From the NCBI GenBank assembly GCA_046262595.1, contig JBHEMM010000030.1:1-32253 (forward strand): a stretch of 32,253 nt of DNA. Direction: 5' to 3'. The position numbers were made by a program, and so were the translations under genes. Positions 1-8,029 of this stretch are shown here, one piece after another (positions within the stretch are counted from its first letter, which is position 1; the number at the start of each line of letters is the position of its first letter). The notes beneath the pieces are model-generated. The model did not search any database. It had not been told where the DNA came from and worked only from the letters and a program-made list of their open reading frames with translations. This DNA is from Vulcanimicrobiaceae bacterium. GTDB taxonomy: Bacteria > Vulcanimicrobiota > Vulcanimicrobiia > Vulcanimicrobiales > Vulcanimicrobiaceae.

Positions 1-1
1 G

Positions 2-781
2 TGTCGTGCGCCACCATTTTTGTTGAGCGTTCTCGTCACCGACACCGTCGGTAAATCGAACGCTGAGCGAAGTTATGTTTATCTCTTTTTCGCTCTCTAT
101 ATTTCTAAATACACACGGAACGATTCCGACAATCGGGCAACCCCGTTGGATCGGGCTAGCGCGTCCGCGCTTGGTGATGTAATCATCCTCTGTGTACGGA
201 AAGTACCAATCCTCGTTAACGTAAAGATCGAATTTTTCATTATGGAATATGTCGATATCTATATCAGCACCATACACCGTCCGCGCTTCGACCTTGAATC
301 CACCGACGACACTCGCGGCACCATTATTGGCTATGGTCATCCTAATCGCGGCGTAAAGCCCTTTAGCGTCCCTGGTGCGCGAAGACTGTACTGCTTCAAT
401 TCCAGCCGTAAATCTGGGGTATTGCTCGGCAATCTTGTTGCGAAGCACCTCATTCTCGCGCTCGGCGCTTTCAGCACGCGCCAAGGCGTGACGTAGCATT
501 TCAGGCGCTTCCGATGTGCTAGCGAAATGTTGATTTCCGCGAGAAACACGAAAAAATATAAATAAGCCAACCGCAACTAGAACTGAAATCGCGAGCCACG
601 GAACGGCCGATGGGACCCCGGCTAGCAGCGCATCGAAACCCGCGAGGGGTACTCCCGCGTGTCGCAACTCCTTCAGCATCGCCTGTTGCCTGCTAGCAAA
701 GATTGCGAAGACGCCTGCGGCGATAAATGGCGCTGCACTCCAAAATGCCGGGGATACTTGGGAGCGGATAAATCGGCCCAT
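2..781 (-). CDS. Hypothetical membrane protein (two N-terminal hydrophobic segments, short coiled coil, beta-rich C-terminal part); 3' end lies outside the window
   Basis: Not in the ORF track because it has no stop inside the window. Manual translation from ATG 781 gives 260 open codons to the edge: MGRFIRSQVSPAFWSAAPFIAAGVFAIFASR...VPWLAISVLVAVGLFIFFRVSR...ALARAESAERENEVLRNKIAEQ...AAIRMTIANNGAASVVGGFKVEART...; the DNA is visibly more AT-rich than the rest of the window. Confidence 0.7.
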   Translation of the reverse strand, partial: MGRFIRSQVSPAFWSAAPFIAAGVFAIFASRQQAMLKELRHAGVPLAGFDALLAGVPSAVPWLAISVLVAVGLFIFFRVSRGNQHFASTSEAPEMLRHALARAESAERENEVLRNKIAEQYPRFTAGIEAVQSSRTRDAKGLYAAIRMTIANNGAASVVGGFKVEARTVYGADIDIDIFHNEKFDLYVNEDWYFPYTEDDYITKRGRASPIQRGCPIVGIVPCVFRNIESEKEINITSLSVRFTDGVGDENAQQKWWRTT

Positions 782-849
782 TGGCTTATGATTCCAAACC
801 GAAACGCGGAAACCGTGCTGGGATCGAAATTGCCCGCCAGGTCGTAGCC

Positions 850-876
850 GGGCTGGGAGAAATCCAGCCCCTCTTC
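850..876 (+). terminator. GC-rich hairpin, possible terminator/insulator upstream of the rib promoter
   Basis: GGGCTGG (850-856), loop gagaaat, CCAGCCC (864-870), followed by ctcttc (a weak U-tract). Confidence 0.3.
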
Positions 877-894
877 ACGCTCAAATGGTAGGTG

Positions 895-939
895 TGTCAA
901 CTATATCACCTTGACAAGTGTTAAGTCCCTGCGTAAGCT
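895..939 (+). promoter_or_regulatory. sigma70/sigmaA promoter of ribBA-ribH with overlapping inverted repeats (candidate operator)
   Basis: Perfect -35 TTGACA (911-916), 17-nt spacer, -10 TAAGCT (934-939). Inverted repeats TGTCAA-N10-TTGACA (895-916) and TTGACA-ag-TGTTAA (911-924). Predicted +1 falls on the in-frame GTG at 946. Confidence 0.75.
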
Positions 940-945
940 GGCTTG

Positions 946-2358
946 GTGGGACCCTTTTCAAACGAACTCAATGCCGCGATGGACCGTGCGCGACTCTCGG
1001 CGGCGGATCTCGCCGAACGGTGCGGGCTGACGGAGTCGGCTATCTCCTATCTCCGGTCGGGCCAGCGCGAGCCTTCGTACCGTTCGCTTCAGCGCCTGAC
1101 CTCGGTGCTTCCCGATTTGGCGGCGACGCTGGATAAGGCCTCGCCTTTCGATTCGATTGAGGAGGCCATCAAAGACATCCGCGCGGGCAAAATGGTCATC
1201 GTCCTGGACGACGAGGACCGCGAAAACGAGGGCGACCTGGTAATGGCCGCCCAAATGGTCGCGCCTGAGGCGATCAATTTCATGCGCAAGCATGCCGGCG
1301 GCCTCATCTGCGTGCCGCTCACGGCGCGTCGCTTGGACGAGCTGCATCTGCCGCAGATGGTCGCCGACAACAGCGCCGTGCATGAGACCGCGTTCACCGT
1401 CTCCGTCGAGGCGCGCGGACGCACAACCACCGGCATTTCGGCGCACGATCGGGCGGCCACGATTCAGTCCTTGCTCGACCCGAATTCGCGCCCCGCGGAC
1501 CTGCTGCGTCCGGGCCATACGTTTCCGCTTCGCGCGCGCGACGGCGGCGTGCTCGTACGGGCGGGGCAGACGGAAGCGGCGGTCGATTTGGCGCGTCTTG
1601 CCGGTTTGTATCCTGCCGGCGTCATCTGCGAGATCATGGCCGAAGACGGAACGATGGAGCGCCTCGACGGGTTGATTGAGTTTGCGAAAAAGCATCAGCT
1701 TCGCTTGATCACCGTCAAAGATTTGATCGCGTACCGCTGGCGCACGGAAAAATTGCTGCACCGCGTCGCGCAGTTTAATCTTCCCACGCCGTTCGGTGCG
1801 TGGACCGGCTACGCGTTCGACAACTCGATTGACAGCAATACGCACGTTGCGCTCGTGATGGGCGAAATCGCTGACGGCAAGAACATTCCGGTGCGCGTGC
1901 ACAGCGAGTGTTTAACGGGAGATGCGCTGCATTCGCTTCGCTGCGACTGTGGAGCGCAGCGTGACGGCGCCATGGAGATCATTGCCAAAGAGGGACGCGG
2001 CGTGTTCCTGTACCTGCGTCAGGAAGGCCGCGGAATCGGCCTTGCAAACAAATTGCGGGCGTACCAGCTGCAAGATCAAGGCGCCGATACCGTCGAAGCG
2101 AATCTCGCGCTCGGCTTGCCGGTGGATAAGCGCGATTATGGCATCGGTTCGCAAATCTTAGCCGATCTCGGCGTCAAAGAGATGCGCATCATTACCAACA
2201 ACCCGCGGAAGATCTTTGGTCTGGAAGGCTACGGATTAAAGATCGTCGGACGCATTCCGATGCACACGCCATCCACGCCGTTCAACGAGAAATATATGGC
2301 GACGAAACGCAGCAAAATGGGTCATCTGTTCGAAGCCGCGCCTGCGAGCGCGACGTAA
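946..2358 (+). CDS. ribBA: XRE-family HTH fused to bifunctional 3,4-dihydroxy-2-butanone 4-phosphate synthase / GTP cyclohydrolase II
   Basis: DDEDRENEGDL, TTGISAHDR and RPGHTFPL (RibB); RVHSECLTGD..RCDCG, RQEGRGIGLANK and TNNPRK (RibA). The N-terminal ~60 aa (LSAADLAERCGLTESAISYLRSGQREPS) is HTH_XRE-like. Start GTG 946 preferred over TTG 943. Confidence 0.95.
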   Translation: MGPFSNELNAAMDRARLSAADLAERCGLTESAISYLRSGQREPSYRSLQRLTSVLPDLAATLDKASPFDSIEEAIKDIRAGKMVIVLDDEDRENEGDLVMAAQMVAPEAINFMRKHAGGLICVPLTARRLDELHLPQMVADNSAVHETAFTVSVEARGRTTTGISAHDRAATIQSLLDPNSRPADLLRPGHTFPLRARDGGVLVRAGQTEAAVDLARLAGLYPAGVICEIMAEDGTMERLDGLIEFAKKHQLRLITVKDLIAYRWRTEKLLHRVAQFNLPTPFGAWTGYAFDNSIDSNTHVALVMGEIADGKNIPVRVHSECLTGDALHSLRCDCGAQRDGAMEIIAKEGRGVFLYLRQEGRGIGLANKLRAYQLQDQGADTVEANLALGLPVDKRDYGIGSQILADLGVKEMRIITNNPRKIFGLEGYGLKIVGRIPMHTPSTPFNEKYMATKRSKMGHLFEAAPASAT

Positions 2359-2867
2359 TGGCGAAGCGTGAAAACGGCGGTAAGGGGAAGGCACCCGATT
2401 GCAGCGGCAAGCGTTTCGCCATCGTAACCGCGGAGTTCTACTCCGATCTGGCCGCGCAGCTCGAAGACGGTGCAAAACGCGCGTTGCGCGACTGCGGCGT
2501 GCACGATGCCGACATGCAGATCTACCGCGTCCCGGGCTGCTTCGAATTACCGGTGGCCGCAAAACGCCTGATCGAGGCGGACGCTGCGCTGGATGCGATC
2601 GTCGCGCTCGGCGTCGTGATTCGCGGCGAAACGCCGCATTTCGATTTCGTTGCCGGCGAATGCGCGAGGGGCATCATGACCGTGCAGATCGCAACCGGTG
2701 TGCCGATCGGATTCGGCGTTCTAACCACCGAAAACATGCGGCAGGCGCAAGAGCGAGCGGACGTCAACCGCGGAGATAAGGGATACGAGGCGGCGCTGGC
2801 GGCCGCCGCACTTTTGCACGTCCCCGCAATGCCGTCTTGCGCGCCGGCCGTAGGCTTCCGCCGTTAG
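2358..2867 (+). CDS. ribH: 6,7-dimethyl-8-ribityllumazine synthase
   Basis: VPGCFELP, LGVVIRGETPHFDFV, PIGFGVLTTEN..QAQERA; TAATG overlap with ribBA. Confidence 0.95.
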   Translation: MAKRENGGKGKAPDCSGKRFAIVTAEFYSDLAAQLEDGAKRALRDCGVHDADMQIYRVPGCFELPVAAKRLIEADAALDAIVALGVVIRGETPHFDFVAGECARGIMTVQIATGVPIGFGVLTTENMRQAQERADVNRGDKGYEAALAAAALLHVPAMPSCAPAVGFRR

Positions 2868-3009
2868 GCTTTAAACCCCGCTTGCAGGACCTTTCTCACG
2901 CCATCGACGTAGCCGAAGCGGCGTTTTAGCCGGCTGGAGACGCCTGGCCATGCTGTCTACCAGGCAAGCGAGGAATCCGGCAGGCCGTGGTCGCATTCTC
3001 CCGGCGCGT

Positions 3010-3031
3010 TGCTATTATTCTTATGGAGGTG
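3010..3031 (+). promoter_or_regulatory. Extended -10 promoter and Shine-Dalgarno of the zinc-ribbon gene
   Basis: TGcTATTAT (3010-3018); GGAGGTG (3025-3031) 7 nt before ATG 3039. Confidence 0.55.
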
Positions 3032-3038
3032 TGGGTTA

Positions 3039-3329
3039 ATGGAAGACAAGAGCATCGTCTGCAAAGAGTGCGCGCGCCCTTTTACGTTCACCGTGCGCGA
3101 TCAGCAGTTTTATGCAGAAAAAGGCTTTGAAAATCAGCCGCAGCGCTGCCGCGACTGCCGCGTGACGCGCAAAGGCCCCGCTTCGGCAACACCGTCGGCC
3201 CGTGAAAATTTTGATGCCGTCTGCGCCGAATGCGGCACAGCCACAACGGTGCCGTTCCGCGCTAAAGGCGACCGGCCCGTTTATTGCCGCGCGTGCTTCG
3301 TGGCGCACGCTTCGGCAGCCGCCGTTTAG
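3039..3329 (+). CDS. Small zinc-ribbon protein (probable zinc-ribbon domain + CxxC-x17-CxxC domain)
   Basis: CKEC..FTFTVRDQQFYAEKGFENQPQRCRDC and CAECG...VPF....RPVYCRAC; strong SD. Confidence 0.88.
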   Translation: MEDKSIVCKECARPFTFTVRDQQFYAEKGFENQPQRCRDCRVTRKGPASATPSARENFDAVCAECGTATTVPFRAKGDRPVYCRACFVAHASAAAV

Positions 3330-3365
3330 GCGGGGCGGCGCGCTGCGCGGCGAAAGCGCCGCACA

Positions 3366-4385
3366 ATGGAAGCTATCCGCTGGCAAGGTGACGCGGTCGA
3401 ATATGTCGACCAGCGTTTGCTGCCGCATGAGGCACTCGTGCGCCGTGCCGGTACGGTGGATGAAATGGAAAGCGCAATCCAAACGCTCGCCGTGCGCGGC
3501 GCGCCGTGTATCGGCGTCTTCGGCGCATACGGCGTCGCGCTGCTGCGCTCCAAGCTTTCCCGCGACGAGGAGTTTCATGCGGCGGCCATGCGCGTGCGCA
3601 ACGCGCGCCCGACTGCCGTGAACCTGATGTGGGCGGTGGATCGCGTGCTGGCCGCGGGCGACATGCTGGCCGAAGCCCATGCCATACATGCCGAGCAGCG
3701 GCACACGGACGACTTGATAGCGCAGGCAGGCGCCGAACTGATTGGGCAAAACGCCGCGCTTATCACGCATTGCAACACCGGCCCGGTGGCGACGGCCGGC
3801 GGCGGCACGGCGCTGGGCGTCATCATCTCGGCTGCCCGCGCCGGGAAACGCCCGCATGTTTTCGTGGATGAGACGCGTCCGTTGCTCCAAGGCTCGCGCC
3901 TTACCTATTACGAGCTCGCCGCCGAAGGGATCGATGCCACGCTGATCGTCGACTCGGCGGCGGCGGTGGTGATGCAGCGCAAGGGGATCGATCTGGCGAT
4001 TGTGGGCGCCGATCGTATTGCATGCAACGGCGATACGGCAAATAAAGTCGGCACGTATGCGCTCGCTATCGTGGCTGCGCACCATCGGGTGCCGCTGTAT
4101 GTCGCCGCGCCGCGCTCCAGCTTTGATTTCACGCTTCCATCCGGTGCGCAGATTCCCATTGAAGAGCGCGCGTCCGGTGAAGTCACGGCATTCGGCGACG
4201 CGCGCGTGGCTCCCCAGGCGGCGCGCGCATTCAACCCGGCGTTCGATATCACGCCCGGCCATCTAATCGACGGCTTCATCACCGAGTGCGGGATCGTACG
4301 GCCCCCGTACGTCGAGACGATTGCCAATCTGCAGCTGCGTCCGAACATGCGCGCACTGGCGAAAGCGGCGCAAAACGATCGATGA
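3366..4385 (+). CDS. mtnA: S-methyl-5-thioribose-1-phosphate isomerase
   Basis: VRGAP, RPTAVNL, THCNTG, ETRPLLQGSRLT, GADRIACNGDTANKVGTY, NPAFDITP. Confidence 0.95.
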   Translation: MEAIRWQGDAVEYVDQRLLPHEALVRRAGTVDEMESAIQTLAVRGAPCIGVFGAYGVALLRSKLSRDEEFHAAAMRVRNARPTAVNLMWAVDRVLAAGDMLAEAHAIHAEQRHTDDLIAQAGAELIGQNAALITHCNTGPVATAGGGTALGVIISAARAGKRPHVFVDETRPLLQGSRLTYYELAAEGIDATLIVDSAAAVVMQRKGIDLAIVGADRIACNGDTANKVGTYALAIVAAHHRVPLYVAAPRSSFDFTLPSGAQIPIEERASGEVTAFGDARVAPQAARAFNPAFDITPGHLIDGFITECGIVRPPYVETIANLQLRPNMRALAKAAQNDR

Positions 4386-5356
4386 AGTACTACGACTTCA
4401 TCGAGAAACGACCCGCGATTGGGAAACTGCTCATCATCGAAGGAACGGAACGCGTGCTGGCCGAGCGCGCGCTCGATGCCGCGATCGAGCGCCTCTTGCC
4501 GCCGGAGGTGCGCGATATGAACTTGGAGCGCTTCAACGCATCCGGCTTGGAGAGCGGCGCGCGCCTAAGCGAAGCGGCGCAAGCAATGCCGTTCCTCGCC
4601 GACCGGCGCGTCGTCGTGCTGACCGATGCGCAAACGCTGAAAACCGCAATGCGCCGCGAGGTGTGGGCGGCCGCCGAAAACGTCCCCGAGGGAAACACGC
4701 TCATCGTGTGCGATTTGCTCTCACCGCGATCGAAACGTCCCGAACCGTTCGGCGCCATGGCGGGGCGCAGCGCGCTGCGCGTGGATACAAGCGCGGAGGA
4801 AGACGTGCGCGCGCGCTTCATCCAGGAAACGCTCGAAGCGTTGAACGTCACTGCGGAACCGCGCGCCGTGGATGCGCTCGCGCGCAGCAGTGCCGACCTG
4901 GCATCGGTTCGCAACGATCTGCAGAAGCTCGCGCTTTCCGGGAAAAAGATCACCTTCAAGGAATTGGAAACGGAAAGCCTGAGCGTCGAAGATCCGAAGG
5001 CATACCAGTACGCAGGTGCTTTAATCGAGGGCCGGCCGGACCACGCGCTCGCGATCGCCCATGAACTGTTCGCCTCGGACCGTGCGGCGGCGGTCCCGCT
5101 GATTTACGCGCTCGCAACCGAATGCGGCTATCTGTGGGAGCTTGCGCGCCCGGGCGGCGAAATTCCGGCACGCATGCGCTGGCGCGAACGCGCGCTGCGC
5201 CCGATTGCCGCCAGGGTCGGCGAGGCGCGCGCGCGGCGGGCGTTCGAACGCGCGATCGCCGCGTTCGATTCCATCGTTACGGGAAAAGTCGACGATCCGG
5301 AACTCGTTGTGGACATGCTCACGGCCGAGCTTTCGACGCTCTCCGCTAAGCGGTAG
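4382..5356 (+). CDS. holA: DNA polymerase III delta subunit (HolA-like)
   Basis: LLIIEGTE, MNLERF, AQAMPFLADRRVVV, RNDLQKLAL; 324 aa; ATGA overlap with mtnA. Confidence 0.8.
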   Translation: MKYYDFIEKRPAIGKLLIIEGTERVLAERALDAAIERLLPPEVRDMNLERFNASGLESGARLSEAAQAMPFLADRRVVVLTDAQTLKTAMRREVWAAAENVPEGNTLIVCDLLSPRSKRPEPFGAMAGRSALRVDTSAEEDVRARFIQETLEALNVTAEPRAVDALARSSADLASVRNDLQKLALSGKKITFKELETESLSVEDPKAYQYAGALIEGRPDHALAIAHELFASDRAAAVPLIYALATECGYLWELARPGGEIPARMRWRERALRPIAARVGEARARRAFERAIAAFDSIVTGKVDDPELVVDMLTAELSTLSAKR

Positions 5357-5393
5357 GGCGGTCCCGGCCGAGCGCGAAAAGGCCCGCTATTCC

Positions 5394-6830
5394 ATGAAAT
5401 ACGATACGTACGCCTCTCCGTTCTCGTGGAGATACGGTCGCGCCGAATTGCGCGCGCTGTTCTCCGAAGTGGAGCGCCGCAAACTGTGGCGGGCCGTGTG
5501 GGTCGCGCTCGCGCAAGCGCAGAGCCGGCGGGGGCTGGTGAGCGAGGACGAAGTCGCCGACTTACGCGCGCATGCGGGCGACATCGACATCGAAGCGGCG
5601 CTGCAGATCGAACGCGAGATTCATCACGACCTCATGGCGGAGATCCGCGTGTTTTCCTCGCAGGCGAAGATCGGCGGCGGGAAACTGCACTTGGGCGCAA
5701 CCTCCATGGATATCGAAGACACGGTGGAAACGTATCGCGTGCGCCGCGCGATCGCTTCCGTCGGGGCCGCCATCGATGTGCTGCTTGGTTCATTTGCGCA
5801 AAAAATTCGCGAGTACGGCGACCTCGTCTGCATCGCGTTCACGCATCTCCAGCCGGCGGAGCCGACGACCCTCGGGTACCGCTTGGCGGTGTACGCGCAG
5901 GATCTGCTCATCGATCGCGATGCGCTGCGTTTCGCCTTTGAACACATGACGGCCAAGGGCCTGCGCGGCGCCGTCGGGACGGCGGCCTCATACGAGCAAC
6001 TGGTCAACAACAGCGGTGATTCAGCGGAACTCGAAAACGAAGTGCTCGGGGTCTTCGGATTGAGCGCGCGTGACATCAGCACGCAAACGTACCCGCGAAA
6101 GCTCGACTATCTTTTACTGAGCGCTATTGCCGGAGCGGCCGCGTCGCTTTCAAAGTTTGCGGCCGATGTGCGCATCTTGAGCTCGCCCGAGTTCGGCGAG
6201 GTGTTCGAACCGTTCGGCGCAACGCAGGTCGGCAGTTCCGCCATGCCGTTCAAGCGCAATCCGATCGTCTGCGAGCGCATCGGATCGTTGGCGCGGCTGC
6301 TGCCTGCCTACGCCGACGTCGCCTGGCAAAACGCGGCAACGAATTACTTGGAGCGCACGCTGGACGATTCAGCAAACCGCCGCACGATACTTCCCGAATC
6401 GCTGCTGTGTTTAGACGAAATCGTGCATCTCGCGACGCGCGTCATAACCGGATTGCGGGTCGACACGCTGCGCATCGCGCAGAACCTGCGCACGTATGGC
6501 CCGTTTGCCGGCACCGAACCGATTATGATGGAAGCCGTCCGTGCGGGCGGAAACCGGCAAGAACTGCACGAGTCGCTGCGCAGCGCCGCCATGCAGTCAT
6601 GGAACGAGATCGCGCAAGGCAAGAGCAACCCGCTGGGCCGCCTGTTGACCGAAGACCCCGAATTGACCAGCCGCGTCGATCCCGCGGAGATCCGCCGCAT
6701 GCTCGATCCCGCAAAACATGTCGGCACGGCGCCGCAGCGCGCACGCGTCTTGGCGGCACGCATCGAGGCGCTCGATCCGTTCCCTTCGCAGAAAGAGGCG
6801 CCTTCGATGCATCAGGATACGCACCGGTGA
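5394..6830 (+). CDS. purB: Adenylosuccinate lyase
   Basis: HLGATS, FTHLQPAEPTT, GSSAMPFKRNP, LERTLDDSANRR. The ORF-track N-terminal extension overlaps holA and is rejected. Confidence 0.95.
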   Translation: MKYDTYASPFSWRYGRAELRALFSEVERRKLWRAVWVALAQAQSRRGLVSEDEVADLRAHAGDIDIEAALQIEREIHHDLMAEIRVFSSQAKIGGGKLHLGATSMDIEDTVETYRVRRAIASVGAAIDVLLGSFAQKIREYGDLVCIAFTHLQPAEPTTLGYRLAVYAQDLLIDRDALRFAFEHMTAKGLRGAVGTAASYEQLVNNSGDSAELENEVLGVFGLSARDISTQTYPRKLDYLLLSAIAGAAASLSKFAADVRILSSPEFGEVFEPFGATQVGSSAMPFKRNPIVCERIGSLARLLPAYADVAWQNAATNYLERTLDDSANRRTILPESLLCLDEIVHLATRVITGLRVDTLRIAQNLRTYGPFAGTEPIMMEAVRAGGNRQELHESLRSAAMQSWNEIAQGKSNPLGRLLTEDPELTSRVDPAEIRRMLDPAKHVGTAPQRARVLAARIEALDPFPSQKEAPSMHQDTHR

Positions 6831-8029
6831 ATAAAGGTATCGAAATTGCGCGCGGCAAGACCAAAGTGCTGTATGAAGCAGCGGGCCAGCCCGACATGCT
6901 GGTCGTCAAGCAAACCGACTCGATCTCGGCCGGCGACGGCGCGCGGCGCAGCGACATTCCCGGCAAAGGACGCTTGGCGGCGCAAACCACGGCGCGCGTG
7001 TTCCGTCTGCTCAACCTGTGCGGCTTGCCGACGCATTATTTGAACGGCGGCGAGGACGACGACGACAACGAGATGCTCGTGCGCCGCTGCAACATGGTAC
7101 CGCTGGAAGTGGTGGTGCGCGGCGTCGCGGCCGGATCGCTGGTGAAACGCAACCCCGGCTTGCAGCGCGGTTCACTGCTGGTGCCGCGGATGGTCGAGTT
7201 CTTTTTCAAAGACGACGCGAACCACGATCCGCTTATCACGCCGGACCAAATGACGGCGCAGAACCTCGCGAATGCCGCGGAAGTTTCGGCGATGAGCGAG
7301 ATCGCGCGACTCGCGTTCGAAGTACTCGCACACGCATGGCGAAAACGCGACGTGCTGCTCGTGGACCTCAAAGTGGAGTTCGGGCGCTTGACCAGCGGCG
7401 AGAACAAGGGTCAGCTCGTTATCGCCGACGTGATCGACAACGACTCGTGGCGCATTTGGCCGCAAGGCCGCGAAGACCGCATGCTGGACAAGCAAATGTA
7501 CCGCAATCTTGAAACGATCGACGATGCGGCGCTCGCACAGGTAAAAGCGGCATACGAACAGGTTGCCGATTTAACGGGCGGCTTCCCGGTAATGCGGCCC
7601 GGCATGGTCGCGCTGTTTGCCGAGTCCGGTGACTTCACGGCGCAGCTCAACGGCGTCGCGCAGGCGCTGGGTCAGCTTGGCTTGCCCGTCATCCGGCACG
7701 TTGCGAGCGCCGTACGCACGCCGGGATACGTTCTTCAACTGCTGCAGCAGCACGACGCGACGTTCGCGCGTTTGCTGTATGTGACGTTCGCCGGTTTGGA
7801 CGGCGCATTGGGCCCGCTGGTTGAAAACGCAACGAGCAATCCGGTGATCGGCGGCTCCGGTGACCCCTCCGACGTCGCGCTGCAGTGCGCAAAAGTTCTG
7901 GCGCTCGAAGACACGGTGCTGTTCGGCCGAACGCTCCTCGTGCAGACGAACGCGCGTTCTGCGGTGCTGCAGGCCGACGCGCATTTGAACGCGCAGCAGC
8001 AGCAGGCGCAACAGCCGAATCTTGGATAA
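6827..8029 (+). CDS. purC: SAICAR synthetase fused to a degenerate C-terminal PurE-like domain (PAICS architecture)
   Basis: GKTK, PLEVVVR, EFFFKDDANHDP, LVDLKVEFG, ADVIDNDSWRIWP, DKQMYR; C-terminal ~140 aa aligns by eye with the AIR carboxylase fold. GTGA overlap with purB. Confidence 0.92.
   Translation: MNKGIEIARGKTKVLYEAAGQPDMLVVKQTDSISAGDGARRSDIPGKGRLAAQTTARVFRLLNLCGLPTHYLNGGEDDDDNEMLVRRCNMVPLEVVVRGVAAGSLVKRNPGLQRGSLLVPRMVEFFFKDDANHDPLITPDQMTAQNLANAAEVSAMSEIARLAFEVLAHAWRKRDVLLVDLKVEFGRLTSGENKGQLVIADVIDNDSWRIWPQGREDRMLDKQMYRNLETIDDAALAQVKAAYEQVADLTGGFPVMRPGMVALFAESGDFTAQLNGVAQALGQLGLPVIRHVASAVRTPGYVLQLLQQHDATFARLLYVTFAGLDGALGPLVENATSNPVIGGSGDPSDVALQCAKVLALEDTVLFGRTLLVQTNARSAVLQADAHLNAQQQQAQQPNLG

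Noticed and set aside
20..496. 158-aa + strand ORF
   Set aside because: Codon-aligned antisense shadow of the longer, more protein-like minus-strand ORF starting at 781.
782..945. Intact FMN riboswitch upstream of ribBA
   Set aside because: Conserved RFN blocks are not intact and the promoter lies downstream of this sequence; at most a remnant.
3335..3362. GCGGCG-AAAG-CGCCGC hairpin before mtnA as a terminator or riboswitch
   Set aside because: No U-tract, short, and plausible by chance in very GC-rich DNA.
7052..8012. Trinucleotide runs in purC (GAC x4 in EDDDDNE; CAG x4 near the C-terminus) as phase-variable repeats
   Set aside because: In-frame, short, encoding a loop and a tail; no frameshift potential.
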